From an uncultured delta proteobacterium (GTDB taxonomy: Bacteria; Desulfobacterota; WTBG01; CAIYCZ01), in contig CAWDOY010000001.1 in the NCBI GenBank assembly GCA_963803975.1, positions 1-64,000 on the forward strand: a stretch of 64,000 nt of DNA, read 5' to 3'. This document shows, piece by piece, positions 22,526 to 32,664 of this stretch. A model generated the notes under the pieces. That model was not told where the DNA came from. It searched no databases and worked only from the letters and a program-made list of their open reading frames with translations. The translations under genes and the position numbers were made by a program. Position 1 is the first letter of the stretch. Every line of letters begins with the position of its first letter.

Positions 22526-23221
22526 ATGAGATTATCTAGTAGTAATTCCCGTTTATAACGAAAAAGAAACTATCCTGGACTTAATTACCCGGGTTAACAA
22601 TGTTCCCGTGGAAAAGGAAATTATCATTGTTGATGACTATTCTACTGATGGCACCAGAGAGGTCTTGAAAGACATTTTCTCACAGTAGTGTCAAAATTCT
22701 TTTACCACGAAACAAATCAGGGCAAGGGTGCTGCCCTGAGAACCGGATTTTCCCATGTCCAGGGTGATATCGTTATTATACAGGATGCTGATTTAGAGTA
22801 TAACCCTGATGAATATCCCCACCTCATTGCGCCTATCAGGGATGGCCACGCTGACGCGGTGTTTGGCTCACGCTTTTTGGGTGGCCCCCACCGGGTGCAT
22901 CTGTTCTGGCACTATGTAGGCAATACCCTGCTCACCACTTTGTCTAATATGTTTACCAATATTAATCTTACTGATATGGAAACCTGCTATAAAGCATTCA
23001 AGGCAAGCCTCCTGAAACAGTTCACCATTGAATCAGATCGGTTCGGCATTGAGCCGGAACTTACCGCGAAGTTTGCCCGGCTGAAATGCAGAATATATGA
23101 AGTCCCTATTTCCTACAGCGGGAGGGACTATACTGAAGGAAAAAAAATCGGCTGGAAAGATGGGCTTGCCGCAATCTACTGGATTATTTATTACAATCTT
23201 AAAAAAGAGCCTGCATCATAA
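22526..23221 (+). CDS. GT2 polyprenol-phosphate glycosyltransferase (DPM1/GtrB-like); 2 frameshifts in the 5' part
   Basis: [16 protein letters not shown] read upstream of the listed [34 protein letters not shown]...GKKI. Confidence 0.85.
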
Positions 23222-23534
23222 ATAGAAGCATTGTCTGCCCTGAAGGATAGTTCTCCCTTAAGCAGTCTTATTCTCTCACGTTCCCTCTCTTTTTAGCTGT
23301 CTGATACCTTCCACCCTTCTCACAGAGCCTCTCTTGCTGAAACAGCCCAACAGAGCGACCCCGGAAACCAACTTTTTTCTGCCGCGAAGGCAGCTCACCG
23401 CATCGTTCAGGACCGACTTTTCGCTTCACAAAAATATTTCCCCGAAGCGTCTTTTTTATATATACCTTGAAAACCGGTGAAGTACATAGTACTCATAATT
23501 ATATTAAAAAATCAGGGAAATCTCGCCACCTGCT

Positions 23535-24873
23535 ATGGATCGGTTCACGTGGTTAACAAATACCTGCAGCGGTTGCCTAGCAAGGGGTGCTTCTTTCATT
23601 GCCACCCTGCTCGCCTGTGCGCATCTCTCCGCCGGGCCGGCATGGAGCGGCACCATCGTGGCCCGGGATGATTTTGATTTCAGGCTGATGGTGAACGATC
23701 GCTTTCATACCTTCAATAAATTTTATGACTACGGCAATAACGACTTCAGCAGCTCCAGGAACTATCACATTACCTATATCAACCCGTATCTGAGCGCACG
23801 CCTGGGGCCGAATATGCGGGCAGTTCTTGAGCTGGAAACCGATCTTATTCTCGATCTTGATAACCGCCATGTCAGCGAGGATACCGAGGTAAGAAACGCC
23901 TATCTGCAATGCATGATCCCTTCTGTAAACTGGGTTTCATTTACCCTCGGCAGACAGGCCCTGCGCACCATTGACGGGTTGCTCTACGATTATAATGCAC
24001 CTGCTCTCAAAGCCTATGCTGATATCGAGCGGGGGTTTGATATGCCCCTGAAGACGCAGCTGTTTATTGCAAAGGTAAGCGACCGCAGTCCGTATTTTCA
24101 CAGCCAGCTTACCTATAATTTTTCCTTTCTGGAATCTATCACCCTTTCCTATGACTGGTTACGGGAGAACAATGACGGCATGGCGCGTATTTTTAACCGC
24201 CTGGACAGCGAGCAGCAGTTTGATTTTAAGAGCGACGGCACTATACAATGGTATTCATGTTCTGTGGAAAAATTTGTTGCTAAATTTCTGCTGAAGGCAA
24301 CAGCAATATATGAAAGAGGCTATGCCACACCTGCGGGAAAAGGGCCAGCCAGAAAGAAAGCTTAAAACAGAGGGATACCTTTTTTATGCAACCGCTGATT
24401 ACAGCTTCTCGAAAAAGCTGCTGGGCACTTTTTTTTGCTATCTTTCAAGCGGCGACCGTGATCCGTTGAAGGGCACCTTCACCACCTTTCTCGCCATTGA
24501 TCCCTACATTGACATAACCAGTATCTTTTTTAACGGAGGGTTTGATCGTCAGTTTTCATCGCGCAACCTGGGATTGAACGGCGTCCAGCTCAATGGAGTG
24601 GTAGCGCCCGGGGTGACGCTATACTATCGGCCCACACGACGGATGTCGCTGAAGGGTGTTTATGCCTATCTCATTACCCATAAAGGCGCGGGAGTAATGG
24701 GCAATACCTATGGCTGGGAAACAGATTTTATGGGTTCCTATGACATAAATGAGCACTGGCAGCTGATTGCGGAAGTTAATGTTTTTAGCCCCGGCCACTA
24801 CTTTAAAGAGCTGACCAACGGGGCAGATCATGTGTCGAGCGAGATACTTGCCGGCATAACATATAATTTTTAA
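23535..24873 (+). CDS. Outer-membrane beta-barrel protein (alginate-export-like); frameshift near 24320
   Basis: Signal peptide, LGRQ, SGD, GWETD, F.PG.YF motifs and terminal aromatic YNF. Confidence 0.6.
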
Positions 24874-24917
24874 TGTTTTATTAAATGGTTACATGATTGG
24901 TTCGGGAAAAATTTAAT

Positions 24918-24945
24918 AAAACTTTCAGATGAAACAGGTGTTTAA
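24918..24945 (+). promoter_or_regulatory. Candidate ECF-type autoregulatory promoter
   Basis: AAAACT-N16-GTTTAA just upstream of the sigma gene; same AAC/GTTTAA spacing at 27071-27098. Confidence 0.35.
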
Positions 24946-24967
24946 ATAAATAAGCATAGGACCATGC

Positions 24968-25549
24968 ATGGTTGAAGACCGGCACGCGCTACTGATGCTC
25001 AGGTTCCAGAGTGGAGATTCTGGCGCTTTCCATGAGCTGTACGAAGACTATAAATTTCCTTTGCTCAATTTCATATATCGCTTTTGCCAGGACCGGAGAG
25101 TTGCCGAAGAGCTTTGTCAAGAGGTGTTTATCAGGGTCTATAAGTCGGCGTCCTCCTATGAGGCCAAAGCAAAATTTTCAACCTGGCTTTACCGCATTGC
25201 TACCAATATATGTCTGAATGAATTGCGGAGCGGGAAGTATCAGTATGAGCTGGTCCCGTCATATTTGGATAAAAATGAGCCTGGTAAAGAGCCGCTCGGG
25301 TTTGAGGATACTGATCAAGCCAGAGCTGATGACGGCATGGAAGCCCGGGAACTCAATATTGCTGTAAGGCAGGCTATTGCCCAGCTCCCCAAAAAACAGC
25401 GGCTTGCGGTACTGTTCAGCATCTACCAGCAGCTCTCATACAAAGACATCGGGGAGCGTATTGGCTGTTCTGAAGGGGCGGTGAAATCGATGATACATCG
25501 CTCCAAGATATTTATTAAAAAGAAATTAAAGAAATACGTTGGTGATTAA
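24968..25549 (+). CDS. ECF RNA polymerase sigma-70 factor
   Basis: AEELCQEVF, FSTWLYRIATN, LPKKQR, LSYKDIG..GCSEGAVKS.IHR. Confidence 0.95.
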   Translation: MVEDRHALLMLRFQSGDSGAFHELYEDYKFPLLNFIYRFCQDRRVAEELCQEVFIRVYKSASSYEAKAKFSTWLYRIATNICLNELRSGKYQYELVPSYLDKNEPGKEPLGFEDTDQARADDGMEARELNIAVRQAIAQLPKKQRLAVLFSIYQQLSYKDIGERIGCSEGAVKSMIHRSKIFIKKKLKKYVGD

Positions 25550-25578
25550 CAAGAGCATTTGAAAATAGTTACACAAGG

Positions 25579-26085
25579 ATGCCTACTATGAGCAGGGATT
25601 GTAAAAAGATTCAAAACGACCTGACGGCGTATCTTGATGGAGAATTAGCCGGGAAGCAGTCGCTGTTTGTCTCCGGGCACTTGACAATCTGTCCGTCGTG
25701 CCGGCAGGAGCTCGAGACGCTCAGGCAGTCTCTGGCCCTGGTTCTGGAATGGAAAGATATAGAACCTTCAGCAGATTTTGACCGCGTCTTCTGGAAAAAG
25801 GTTGCTGCATATGAAGAGCGGCAAAGTAGAAAGCCGGGCATTTTCTCTCTGGTGTGGTCACTGTTAACGGCCAATTATATTGCCACGCCGGTTGCGCTGG
25901 CGCTGCTGCTGCTCATAACCTTTTTTCAGTCAAAGACCCCGCAGGAATTAGGTTTGCAAGATAAGTATATGATTATGCATGCGGATCTTTTTCTTAATAT
26001 GGATGTTATCGATAAGAAAGAGGCGCTGGAAAACTTTGAAGTTATAGAAGTGCTTGATGAACTTGAACAGGATTCCGTGCAGTGA
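25579..26085 (+). CDS. Zinc-binding (zf-HC2/ZAS) transmembrane anti-sigma factor
   Basis: AYLDGEL, HLTICPSC (HxxxCxxC), single TM; follows ECF gene. Confidence 0.9.
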   Translation: MPTMSRDCKKIQNDLTAYLDGELAGKQSLFVSGHLTICPSCRQELETLRQSLALVLEWKDIEPSADFDRVFWKKVAAYEERQSRKPGIFSLVWSLLTANYIATPVALALLLLITFFQSKTPQELGLQDKYMIMHADLFLNMDVIDKKEALENFEVIEVLDELEQDSVQ

Positions 26086-26324
26086 CATCTATGAGACCTA
26101 TCCTCATTTTTTTGCTGGCCCTGTTCTTTTGTATACATACGGCTTCTCAGGTGCCCGCGCGGGAACCTGAGAAGAACCTGAAGGATGAGCAGGCTATTGC
26201 CGAGCCTACTGAAGAGGATAAAGAGATCATCAGAAATCTCGAGGTAATAGAAAATCTGGACTGGCTGGCGGATACTGACCTTGAATTACTTGAAAATTTA
26301 GACCTTTTTTTAACGAACTCATAG
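26082..26324 (+). CDS. Small exported acidic protein
   Basis: Signal-like N-terminus; repeated (L/I)ENLD motif; overlaps anti-sigma stop. Confidence 0.55.
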   Translation: MTSMRPILIFLLALFFCIHTASQVPAREPEKNLKDEQAIAEPTEEDKEIIRNLEVIENLDWLADTDLELLENLDLFLTNS

Positions 26325-26335
26325 GAATTACAACC

Positions 26336-26998
26336 ATGCGTACACGTAACCGTCATTGTTTATTACTGGTAGCCTTCTGCTACTTTGCAGCCGTGTCATG
26401 GATTGACTGCACCGGAGTTTTTACCGGCAATGCGGTCCTGGCACAGGAGCAATTGCCTCAGGACAATCTTGCAAAATGGAAGTCAATGAGCCGTGAAGAG
26501 CGCGAGCGCCTGCGGCAGAACTATAGCATCTGGAAGAACTTTTCTGCTACCGATAAGCAGAAGCTTTCCCAGAAACTGCATGACTTCAAGCGGCTGTCGC
26601 GGGATGATCAGAAACGGGTGCGCGATAACTTCGGACTCTTTAAGGATATGGACCCGGTGCAGCAGAATGTTATTTTGAAGCGCTATCAAAAGTGGATGCA
26701 GCTTTCTGAGGACCAGCGCAGTTTGCTCATGGATCGTTACAAGCTGCTACAGGACATGCATCCAGAGGAGCAGGCGCGTTTTTATGAAAATTATGACATG
26801 TGGAAACGCCTCTCTGATCAGGGCAAACAAGAGCTTATAACGAAATGGAGCTCCCTCTCCACGGAACAACGAAAAGCTTTTCTCAGAAAATGGACCAAGG
26901 TTGACGCCAAGGAGCAGAGAGAAGCTATAAAAAAGATGATTAAAAAAATTCGCCGGAGAAAGCTCGACACCAGCACACCCGGTCAGCCGCAACAGTAA
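26336..26998 (+). CDS. DUF3106-like helical repeat exported protein
   Basis: Signal peptide and repeats of W/F..LS.EE/DQ..R. Confidence 0.75.
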   Translation: MRTRNRHCLLLVAFCYFAAVSWIDCTGVFTGNAVLAQEQLPQDNLAKWKSMSREERERLRQNYSIWKNFSATDKQKLSQKLHDFKRLSRDDQKRVRDNFGLFKDMDPVQQNVILKRYQKWMQLSEDQRSLLMDRYKLLQDMHPEEQARFYENYDMWKRLSDQGKQELITKWSSLSTEQRKAFLRKWTKVDAKEQREAIKKMIKKIRRRKLDTSTPGQPQQ

Positions 26999-27024
26999 TG
27001 ACTGCAGCTTCCGGGTATGCAGCC

Positions 27025-27068
27025 CAGGGCAGCGCCTTGCAAAAGAAGTGCTGCCCTGTATTTTTTTT
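27025..27068 (+). terminator. Intrinsic terminator of the ECF operon
   Basis: CAGGGCAGCGC...GTGCTGCCCTG stem followed by a T8 tract. Confidence 0.8.
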
Positions 27069-27140
27069 ACGCAACCCCGAAGGCTTTAATGGGTTTAATT
27101 AATCATGAATAATTATATAAATGTATTAAGAACAATAAGC

Positions 27141-27593
27141 ATGAAAAAACTATTTTTTTACTTGAATAGTGCTTTTTTTATACTCCTTTTAGCTGCAGTC
27201 CCGCTGAGCGCTGAAATAAGGGCTGAAGGGCAGGGCATGGTATGGGCGCGGGGAAATGGAAGCATTGAAATTCAAGGAGGCAGTACCGTAGATATAACCG
27301 GGAACGGCCTTTTGAAAGTGAATAAGGAAGCTTCTTGTGACCTGGTAGAAGGAACCGGAGAAAAACTGATAACCGATACGGACGGAATTCTCTACATCAA
27401 CTTTGATGGCAGGGCTAAAGTCAGCGGAGAAAACATTGCTCTTGAGTTTAATGGTGCCAATATTGTGCTCAATGCCAAAGGCACTGGTGTTGTTACCTTC
27501 AAAGGAGTAGGAATATATGTAGTGGGTCTATCCATAGGATACTGGTATCCCTTTGAGAAGACCATCATCACCTTCACCGCATCCCCGGAATAG
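27141..27593 (+). CDS. Exported glycine-rich beta-strand hypothetical protein
   Basis: Signal peptide MKKLFF..PLSA; AxGxG repeats. Confidence 0.55.
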   Translation: MKKLFFYLNSAFFILLLAAVPLSAEIRAEGQGMVWARGNGSIEIQGGSTVDITGNGLLKVNKEASCDLVEGTGEKLITDTDGILYINFDGRAKVSGENIALEFNGANIVLNAKGTGVVTFKGVGIYVVGLSIGYWYPFEKTIITFTASPE

Positions 27594-27751
27594 TAATGGA
27601 TAAACCCGTAGATTATATAACTGTTTGAATACATTCCACCCCTTAAGCTCCCTTTTGTATTGTACCCCTTCCGCGCATCATCTGCTTTTATAATTGACAA
27701 GCACTCAGCTTTTTCCTTATGCTTTTCCTGCAACATCATCAGAGATGGTAT

Positions 27752-29077
27752 ATGAAGAAGGAAAAGCCGTTTAGAATTGCTCTTGCCACCCTCGGTTGCA
27801 AGGTAAATTATTGTGACTCTGCTGCCATGGGTGCATCGCTCATTCATGGAGGGTTTGAGATAGTGCCGCCTGCCGGCACGGCAGATGCGTATATTATTAA
27901 TACCTGTACGGTAACAGAAAAGACCGATGCCCAGTCCCGCCAGCTTATCCGCCGCGCGTTAAAAGCAAATCCCAGTGCCCATGTCATTGTGACCGGCTGT
28001 TACGCGCAGCACGCGCCTGATGCAATCGCCACTATTTCAGACCGGATTCACATACTGGGCAACCCGGACAAAACCGCACTATTGTCCTATGTAAATAAAA
28101 TTCTTGAGGAAAGGAAACGGGTGTTCAGCGTCACTGACAGCGGCAGTGAAACGTCGTTCAGCACAGCAGCGCTGCCGCGCTTTTCTGACCGCACCCGGGC
28201 CTTTCTTAAAATTCAGGATGGCTGTAACAACAGCTGTTCCTACTGTATAGTGCCACGGGTGCGCGGACCCGGCAGAAGCCTGTCATGCTCTGAGGTGCTG
28301 CAGCACTCGACTGTTCTTGCGCAATCAGGTTATCGGGAAATGGTGTTAACCGGGATTCATCTGGGTGCTTATGGCAGTGACCTCAATCCTCCGGTAACCT
28401 TTTTTGACCTTTTAAAGAGTCTGACTGCTGATAAAAACCTTTCAACGATGCGCATTCGCTTGAGCTCTATTGAGCCTCAGGAAATTTCTGATGAGCTCAT
28501 AGCCTTTCTCTCCCGCACCGAGCAGGTCTGCCCCCATCTCCACATACCGCTTCAAAGCGGCGATGAGAATGTATTAAAAAAGATGAACAGGAACTATACC
28601 CCTTCTTTTTTTAAAGCGCTCGTTGAAAAGCTGCTCTCCGCCATCCCCTCGGTAAACGTCGGCATTGATGTGATTGCGGGGTTCCCGGGTGAGTCAGAGG
28701 CCCAGTTTCAAAACACCCGGTGCTTCATACAGGATCTTCCCATAGGATACCTGCATGTATTCCCCTATTCACGAAGACCCGGAACGCCTGCAGCCGAATG
28801 GAGCGATCAGGTTCCTGAAAAGATAAAAAAGGAGCGGACAGCATTGCTCCGGGAAGAATCACTCAAAAAAAAGGCGCGCTTTTACTCCTCGTTCCTGCAG
28901 CAGGAGCTGCAGGTGCTGATAGAGGCAAAGCGCGATCGGGACAGCGGCCTCCTGAAAGGATTTTCCCGGAACTATATTCCGGTCCTGGTAGCAGGCGGCA
29001 ATGAATTAGTGGGGAAAGAGATAACCGTAAGGGTTATCGAGGTGAGAGAATCCGAGGTATATGGTGAACAAGTGTAG
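27752..29077 (+). CDS. mtaB: tRNA t6A37 methylthiotransferase MtaB
   Basis: TLGCKVN, INTCTVT, TGCYAQ, KIQDGCNNSCSYC, LTGIHLG, HVFPYS.RPGT.A. Confidence 0.92.
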   Translation: MKKEKPFRIALATLGCKVNYCDSAAMGASLIHGGFEIVPPAGTADAYIINTCTVTEKTDAQSRQLIRRALKANPSAHVIVTGCYAQHAPDAIATISDRIHILGNPDKTALLSYVNKILEERKRVFSVTDSGSETSFSTAALPRFSDRTRAFLKIQDGCNNSCSYCIVPRVRGPGRSLSCSEVLQHSTVLAQSGYREMVLTGIHLGAYGSDLNPPVTFFDLLKSLTADKNLSTMRIRLSSIEPQEISDELIAFLSRTEQVCPHLHIPLQSGDENVLKKMNRNYTPSFFKALVEKLLSAIPSVNVGIDVIAGFPGESEAQFQNTRCFIQDLPIGYLHVFPYSRRPGTPAAEWSDQVPEKIKKERTALLREESLKKKARFYSSFLQQELQVLIEAKRDRDSGLLKGFSRNYIPVLVAGGNELVGKEITVRVIEVRESEVYGEQV

Positions 29078-29145
29078 AAATCTTCATCGCAGTGATCGCT
29101 GATGAAATAATTTTAGAGGATTGAGAAGCATTCAGGTTACAGAGT

Positions 29146-29182
29146 TCAACTCTCAACTCTTCAACTCCTGAACTCCTCAACT
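29146..29182 (+). repeat. Short tandem repeat, about 5 x T(C/G)AACTC(C/T)
   Basis: TCAACTC TCAACTCT TCAACTCC TGAACTCC TCAACT between convergent mtaB and ald. Confidence 0.7.
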
Positions 29183-29208
29183 GTATTTTGTGTGCTCTGC
29201 GGTAATTT

Positions 29209-30309
29209 TTATAACGGCTCACAGGGCAGGCCGAAGGCCTCGCATACTTGCGGGCAGGTAACTTTGCCCTGAAAAAGATTAACCCCTTTTGCAAGAGCTG
29301 AATTTTCTGCTGCAGCTTTCGTGATGCCCTTATCGGCAAGCTCCAGACCAAACGGCAGCGCCGCCTGTGACAAGGCATAGGTTGAAGTCAGGGGTACTGT
29401 GCCGGGAAGATTAGTTATACAGCAGTGTACCACGCCCTCGTCAATATAAAAGGGGGCGCTGTGCGTTGTGGGGCGGGAAGTTTCAATGCACCCGCCCTGA
29501 TCTATCGAGACATCAACGATTGCCGCGCCTTTTTTCATTTTTCCAACCATTTCCCGGGTAATCAGCCGTGGAGCCCTGGCTCCGGGAATTAATACGGTCC
29601 CGATTACCAGATCAGCGTCCTCCAGGAGCTGCTCAACAGCTTTTTTTGCTGACAGCATGACGGTCAGTCGTTCCTTGAATGCCTGCCGCGCCCTCTCAAG
29701 AACTTTAGTGTTTACATCAAGCAGAAAGACCTGCGCGCCCATTCCCAAAGCCACTGAACAGGCACCCAAGCCTGCGGTCCCGCCCCCCAGTATCACCACC
29801 CGTGCCGGGGCTACCCCCGCTGCGCCGCCGAGGAGAACACCCCGCCCGCCGTGTACGGCCTCCAAAGCCTGAGCTCCGAATTGTACCGAGAGCTTCCCGG
29901 CGATTTCGCTCATGGGCCTCAGGATCGGGAGGCTGCCATCCGCAATCTGCACGGTCTCATAGGCTACTCCTATCACTTTGTTTTCAATCAGACGTTTGGT
30001 GAGTTCATAGTCTGCCGCTAAATGAAGAAAGGTGTAAATAATCTGGCCTTCCCGCATGAGGGAAAATTCCGGGCCAATGGGCTCCTTCACTTTTACAATC
30101 ATCTCCGCCCGGCTCCAGACCTCCCGGGCTGTTTCCGCTATTTGGGCCCCTGCCTGAACATACTCTGCATCAGAAATGGAGCTGCCGCTGCCGGCTGTTT
30201 TTTCAATGAGCACCTGATGACCGTGCCGGACATAGTCGGCCACACATGCGGGAGTCACGGAAACCCGGTTTTCTCCGGCTTTAATTTCTTTGGGAATACC
30301 GATGAGCAT
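29209..30309 (-). CDS. ald: Alanine dehydrogenase
   Basis: [45 protein letters not shown]. Confidence 0.95.
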   Translation of the reverse strand: MLIGIPKEIKAGENRVSVTPACVADYVRHGHQVLIEKTAGSGSSISDAEYVQAGAQIAETAREVWSRAEMIVKVKEPIGPEFSLMREGQIIYTFLHLAADYELTKRLIENKVIGVAYETVQIADGSLPILRPMSEIAGKLSVQFGAQALEAVHGGRGVLLGGAAGVAPARVVILGGGTAGLGACSVALGMGAQVFLLDVNTKVLERARQAFKERLTVMLSAKKAVEQLLEDADLVIGTVLIPGARAPRLITREMVGKMKKGAAIVDVSIDQGGCIETSRPTTHSAPFYIDEGVVHCCITNLPGTVPLTSTYALSQAALPFGLELADKGITKAAAENSALAKGVNLFQGKVTCPQVCEAFGLPCEPL

Positions 30310-30621
30310 GATAACACCTTAAGGAGCCTGGCAGCTGTCAGCGTTCAGCCAGACGTTGTAATGAACGACGAAAGAAAACGGCCATCCGTTCGCGATTAAA
30401 CCCCTCTGTATCTCCCTTGCCATTAAGAGCAGTATCGCAGCCTGTTATTACCCTTTTTACTACCCCCTTTCAAGGGTAGTACCCTTTTTCCGCCATTCAG
30501 CTCCCGGCCCGCATAGACGAGATAGGCGGGGAGCTTCAATAGTTTTAAAGGGTGCTGTTGTCCCCGAACGTCGATTGAGTCAAACAAATTACTCGTTATT
30601 CGTCACGTATCACTCGTCACT

Positions 30622-32280
30622 CTATCTCGTCAACGGCTTATACTTGATGCGATGCGGTTGATCCGCCTCTATCCCCAGCCGTTTGCGCTTGTCCTCCTCG
30701 TAGTCCGAGAAATTGCCATCGAACCATGTCACCTGACTGTCGCCCTCAAAGGCCAGGATGTGCGTCGCCACGCGATCAAGAAACCAGCGATCGTGGCTGA
30801 CGACGACCGCGCAGCCCGCAAATTCTTCCAACGCTTCTTCCATCGCCCGCAGCGTGTTCACATCCAGATCGTTGGTCGGCTCATCCAGCAGAATCACGTT
30901 CGCGCCTTCTTTGAGCATCCTGGCCAGATGCACGCGGTTGCGCTCACCGCCGGACAGCGCGCCCACTTTCTTCGACTGATCCGTGCCGAGGAAGTTGAAA
31001 CTTGCCACATAGGCGCGCGAGTTCAATGTGCGATTGCCCAGCGTCAACGTTTCCTGGCCGCCGGATATTTCCTCCCACACATTCTTGTCGGCGTGCAGCG
31101 TGTCACGGCTTTGATCGACGTAGCCCAGCTTAACCGTCTCGCCGATTTTGAACGTGCCGCTATCCGGTTCCTCGGCCTTGATGATCATCTTCAAGAGCGT
31201 GGTCTTTCCCGCGCCGTTCGGCCCGATCACGCCAACGATGCCGCCGGGCGGCAGCGAAAAATCGAGATTCTCGAACAGCACGCGGTCGCCATACGCTTTG
31301 CTCACGCCTTTGGCTTCGATCACCACATCGCCCAGGCGCGGGCCGTTGGGGATAAGGATCTCCAAATCGTCGCGGTACTTTTCGTATTCCTGGCTGAGCA
31401 GTTTTTCATAGGCATTGACGCGCGCTTTGCCTTTGGCCTGCCGCGCCTTCTGCGACATGTGAATCCATTCGAGTTCGCGTTTCAGCGTCTTTTGCCGCTT
31501 GGAGTCGGTCTTCTCTTCCAGCGCCAGCCGCTGCTGCTTCTGCTCCAGCCACGATGAGTAATTGCCTTTCCACGGAATGCCAGAGCCGCGATCGAGTTCC
31601 AGAATCCAGCCGGCCACATTGTCCAGAAAATACCGATCGTGCGTTACGGCGATCACGGTGCCTTTATAATCCTGCAGGTGCTTCTCCAGCCACTGCACTG
31701 ATTCAGCGTCGAGGTGATTGGTCGGCTCGTCCAGCAGGAGAATATCCGGTTCGGTGAGGAGCAGGCGGCACAGCGCCACCCGGCGACGCTCGCCGCCCGA
31801 CAGGATTGCAATCGGCGTATCGCCGGGCGGACAGCGCAGCGCGTCCAGCGCCTGATCGAGCCGGCTGTCCAGCGTCCACGCGTCGTGCTTGTCCAGGTAC
31901 TCCTGCAGGCGCGCCTGCTCTTCGATGAGCGCGTCGTAATCGGCATCCGGCTCGGCAAACTTCGCGTTGACCTCTTCATACTGCTTCATCGCGTCCGCCA
32001 TCGGATGTACGGCTTCCTTCACCGTCATGGCGTTGTCAAGCTGCGGTTCCTGCTCTAACAGGCCGCGCGTATATCCCTTGGTCAGCATGGTCTCGCCGAG
32101 ATACTCGTCTTCGACGCCGGCCATGATCTTGAGCAGCGTACTTTTACCTGATCCGTTCAGGCCCAGAACGCCGATCTTTGCGCCGTAGAAAAAGCCCAGC
32201 GAAATATCGCGCAGCACCTGTTTATTCGGCGGATACATCTTGCCAACGCGCACCATGGAATAGATGACTTGATCGGTCAT
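30622..32280 (-). CDS. ettA: Energy-dependent translational throttle ABC-F protein EttA
   Basis: GAKIGVLGLNGSGKST, two ABC domains, ELEWI, RQAKGKAR, C-terminal PHRIKYK.L. Confidence 0.95.
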   Translation of the reverse strand: MTDQVIYSMVRVGKMYPPNKQVLRDISLGFFYGAKIGVLGLNGSGKSTLLKIMAGVEDEYLGETMLTKGYTRGLLEQEPQLDNAMTVKEAVHPMADAMKQYEEVNAKFAEPDADYDALIEEQARLQEYLDKHDAWTLDSRLDQALDALRCPPGDTPIAILSGGERRRVALCRLLLTEPDILLLDEPTNHLDAESVQWLEKHLQDYKGTVIAVTHDRYFLDNVAGWILELDRGSGIPWKGNYSSWLEQKQQRLALEEKTDSKRQKTLKRELEWIHMSQKARQAKGKARVNAYEKLLSQEYEKYRDDLEILIPNGPRLGDVVIEAKGVSKAYGDRVLFENLDFSLPPGGIVGVIGPNGAGKTTLLKMIIKAEEPDSGTFKIGETVKLGYVDQSRDTLHADKNVWEEISGGQETLTLGNRTLNSRAYVASFNFLGTDQSKKVGALSGGERNRVHLARMLKEGANVILLDEPTNDLDVNTLRAMEEALEEFAGCAVVVSHDRWFLDRVATHILAFEGDSQVTWFDGNFSDYEEDKRKRLGIEADQPHRIKYKPLTR

Positions 32281-32325
32281 GAAAAATCTCCGTTAAAAGT
32301 GATGAGTTTAAAGTGAAGGGTTCAG

Positions 32326-32460
32326 TTACGGCAGAGGCACATGGTTTAACAGGTGTTCAAGACCGATCGCATAAGTCGGAATATCTTCGCGAATGCCGTG
32401 TGAAGTCCGCTGCTGCGGCACCATCGTCGTAACTAACAGAATGATCTGGGTCAACAATTG
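32326..32460 (-). pseudogene. 3' fragment of a gene, possibly a four-helix-bundle protein
   Basis: Reads QLLTQIILLVTTMVPQQRTSHGIREDIPTYAIGLEHLLNHVPLP*; no convincing start; family call from memory only. Confidence 0.3.
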
Positions 32461-32664
32461 CAGCCGGTGATTCCCGACTTTATACATGGCATAACAATGG
32501 GCGCTGGGTCCCCTTTAACCCCCGCCAAATCCAATTGCCCTTTGCCGTCCGAAAAGAATAATAGAAATGCTCTTTGGCTTTATTTTCATTCTGCGGTGAG
32601 ATGGTTGCCGAAATCATTCGAGCCATGCGTTGCAGGCCTACTCTGCTTGAAAACCCTTTAGCCG

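Noticed and set aside
29146..30620. CRISPR array or DGR-type repeats
   Set aside because: Repeats are 7-8-mers without spacers; no cas or RT gene; the Cache repeat differences are not adenine-specific
30652..31557. 301-aa ORF on the + strand
   Set aside because: Antisense shadow of GC-rich ettA; no recognisable motifs
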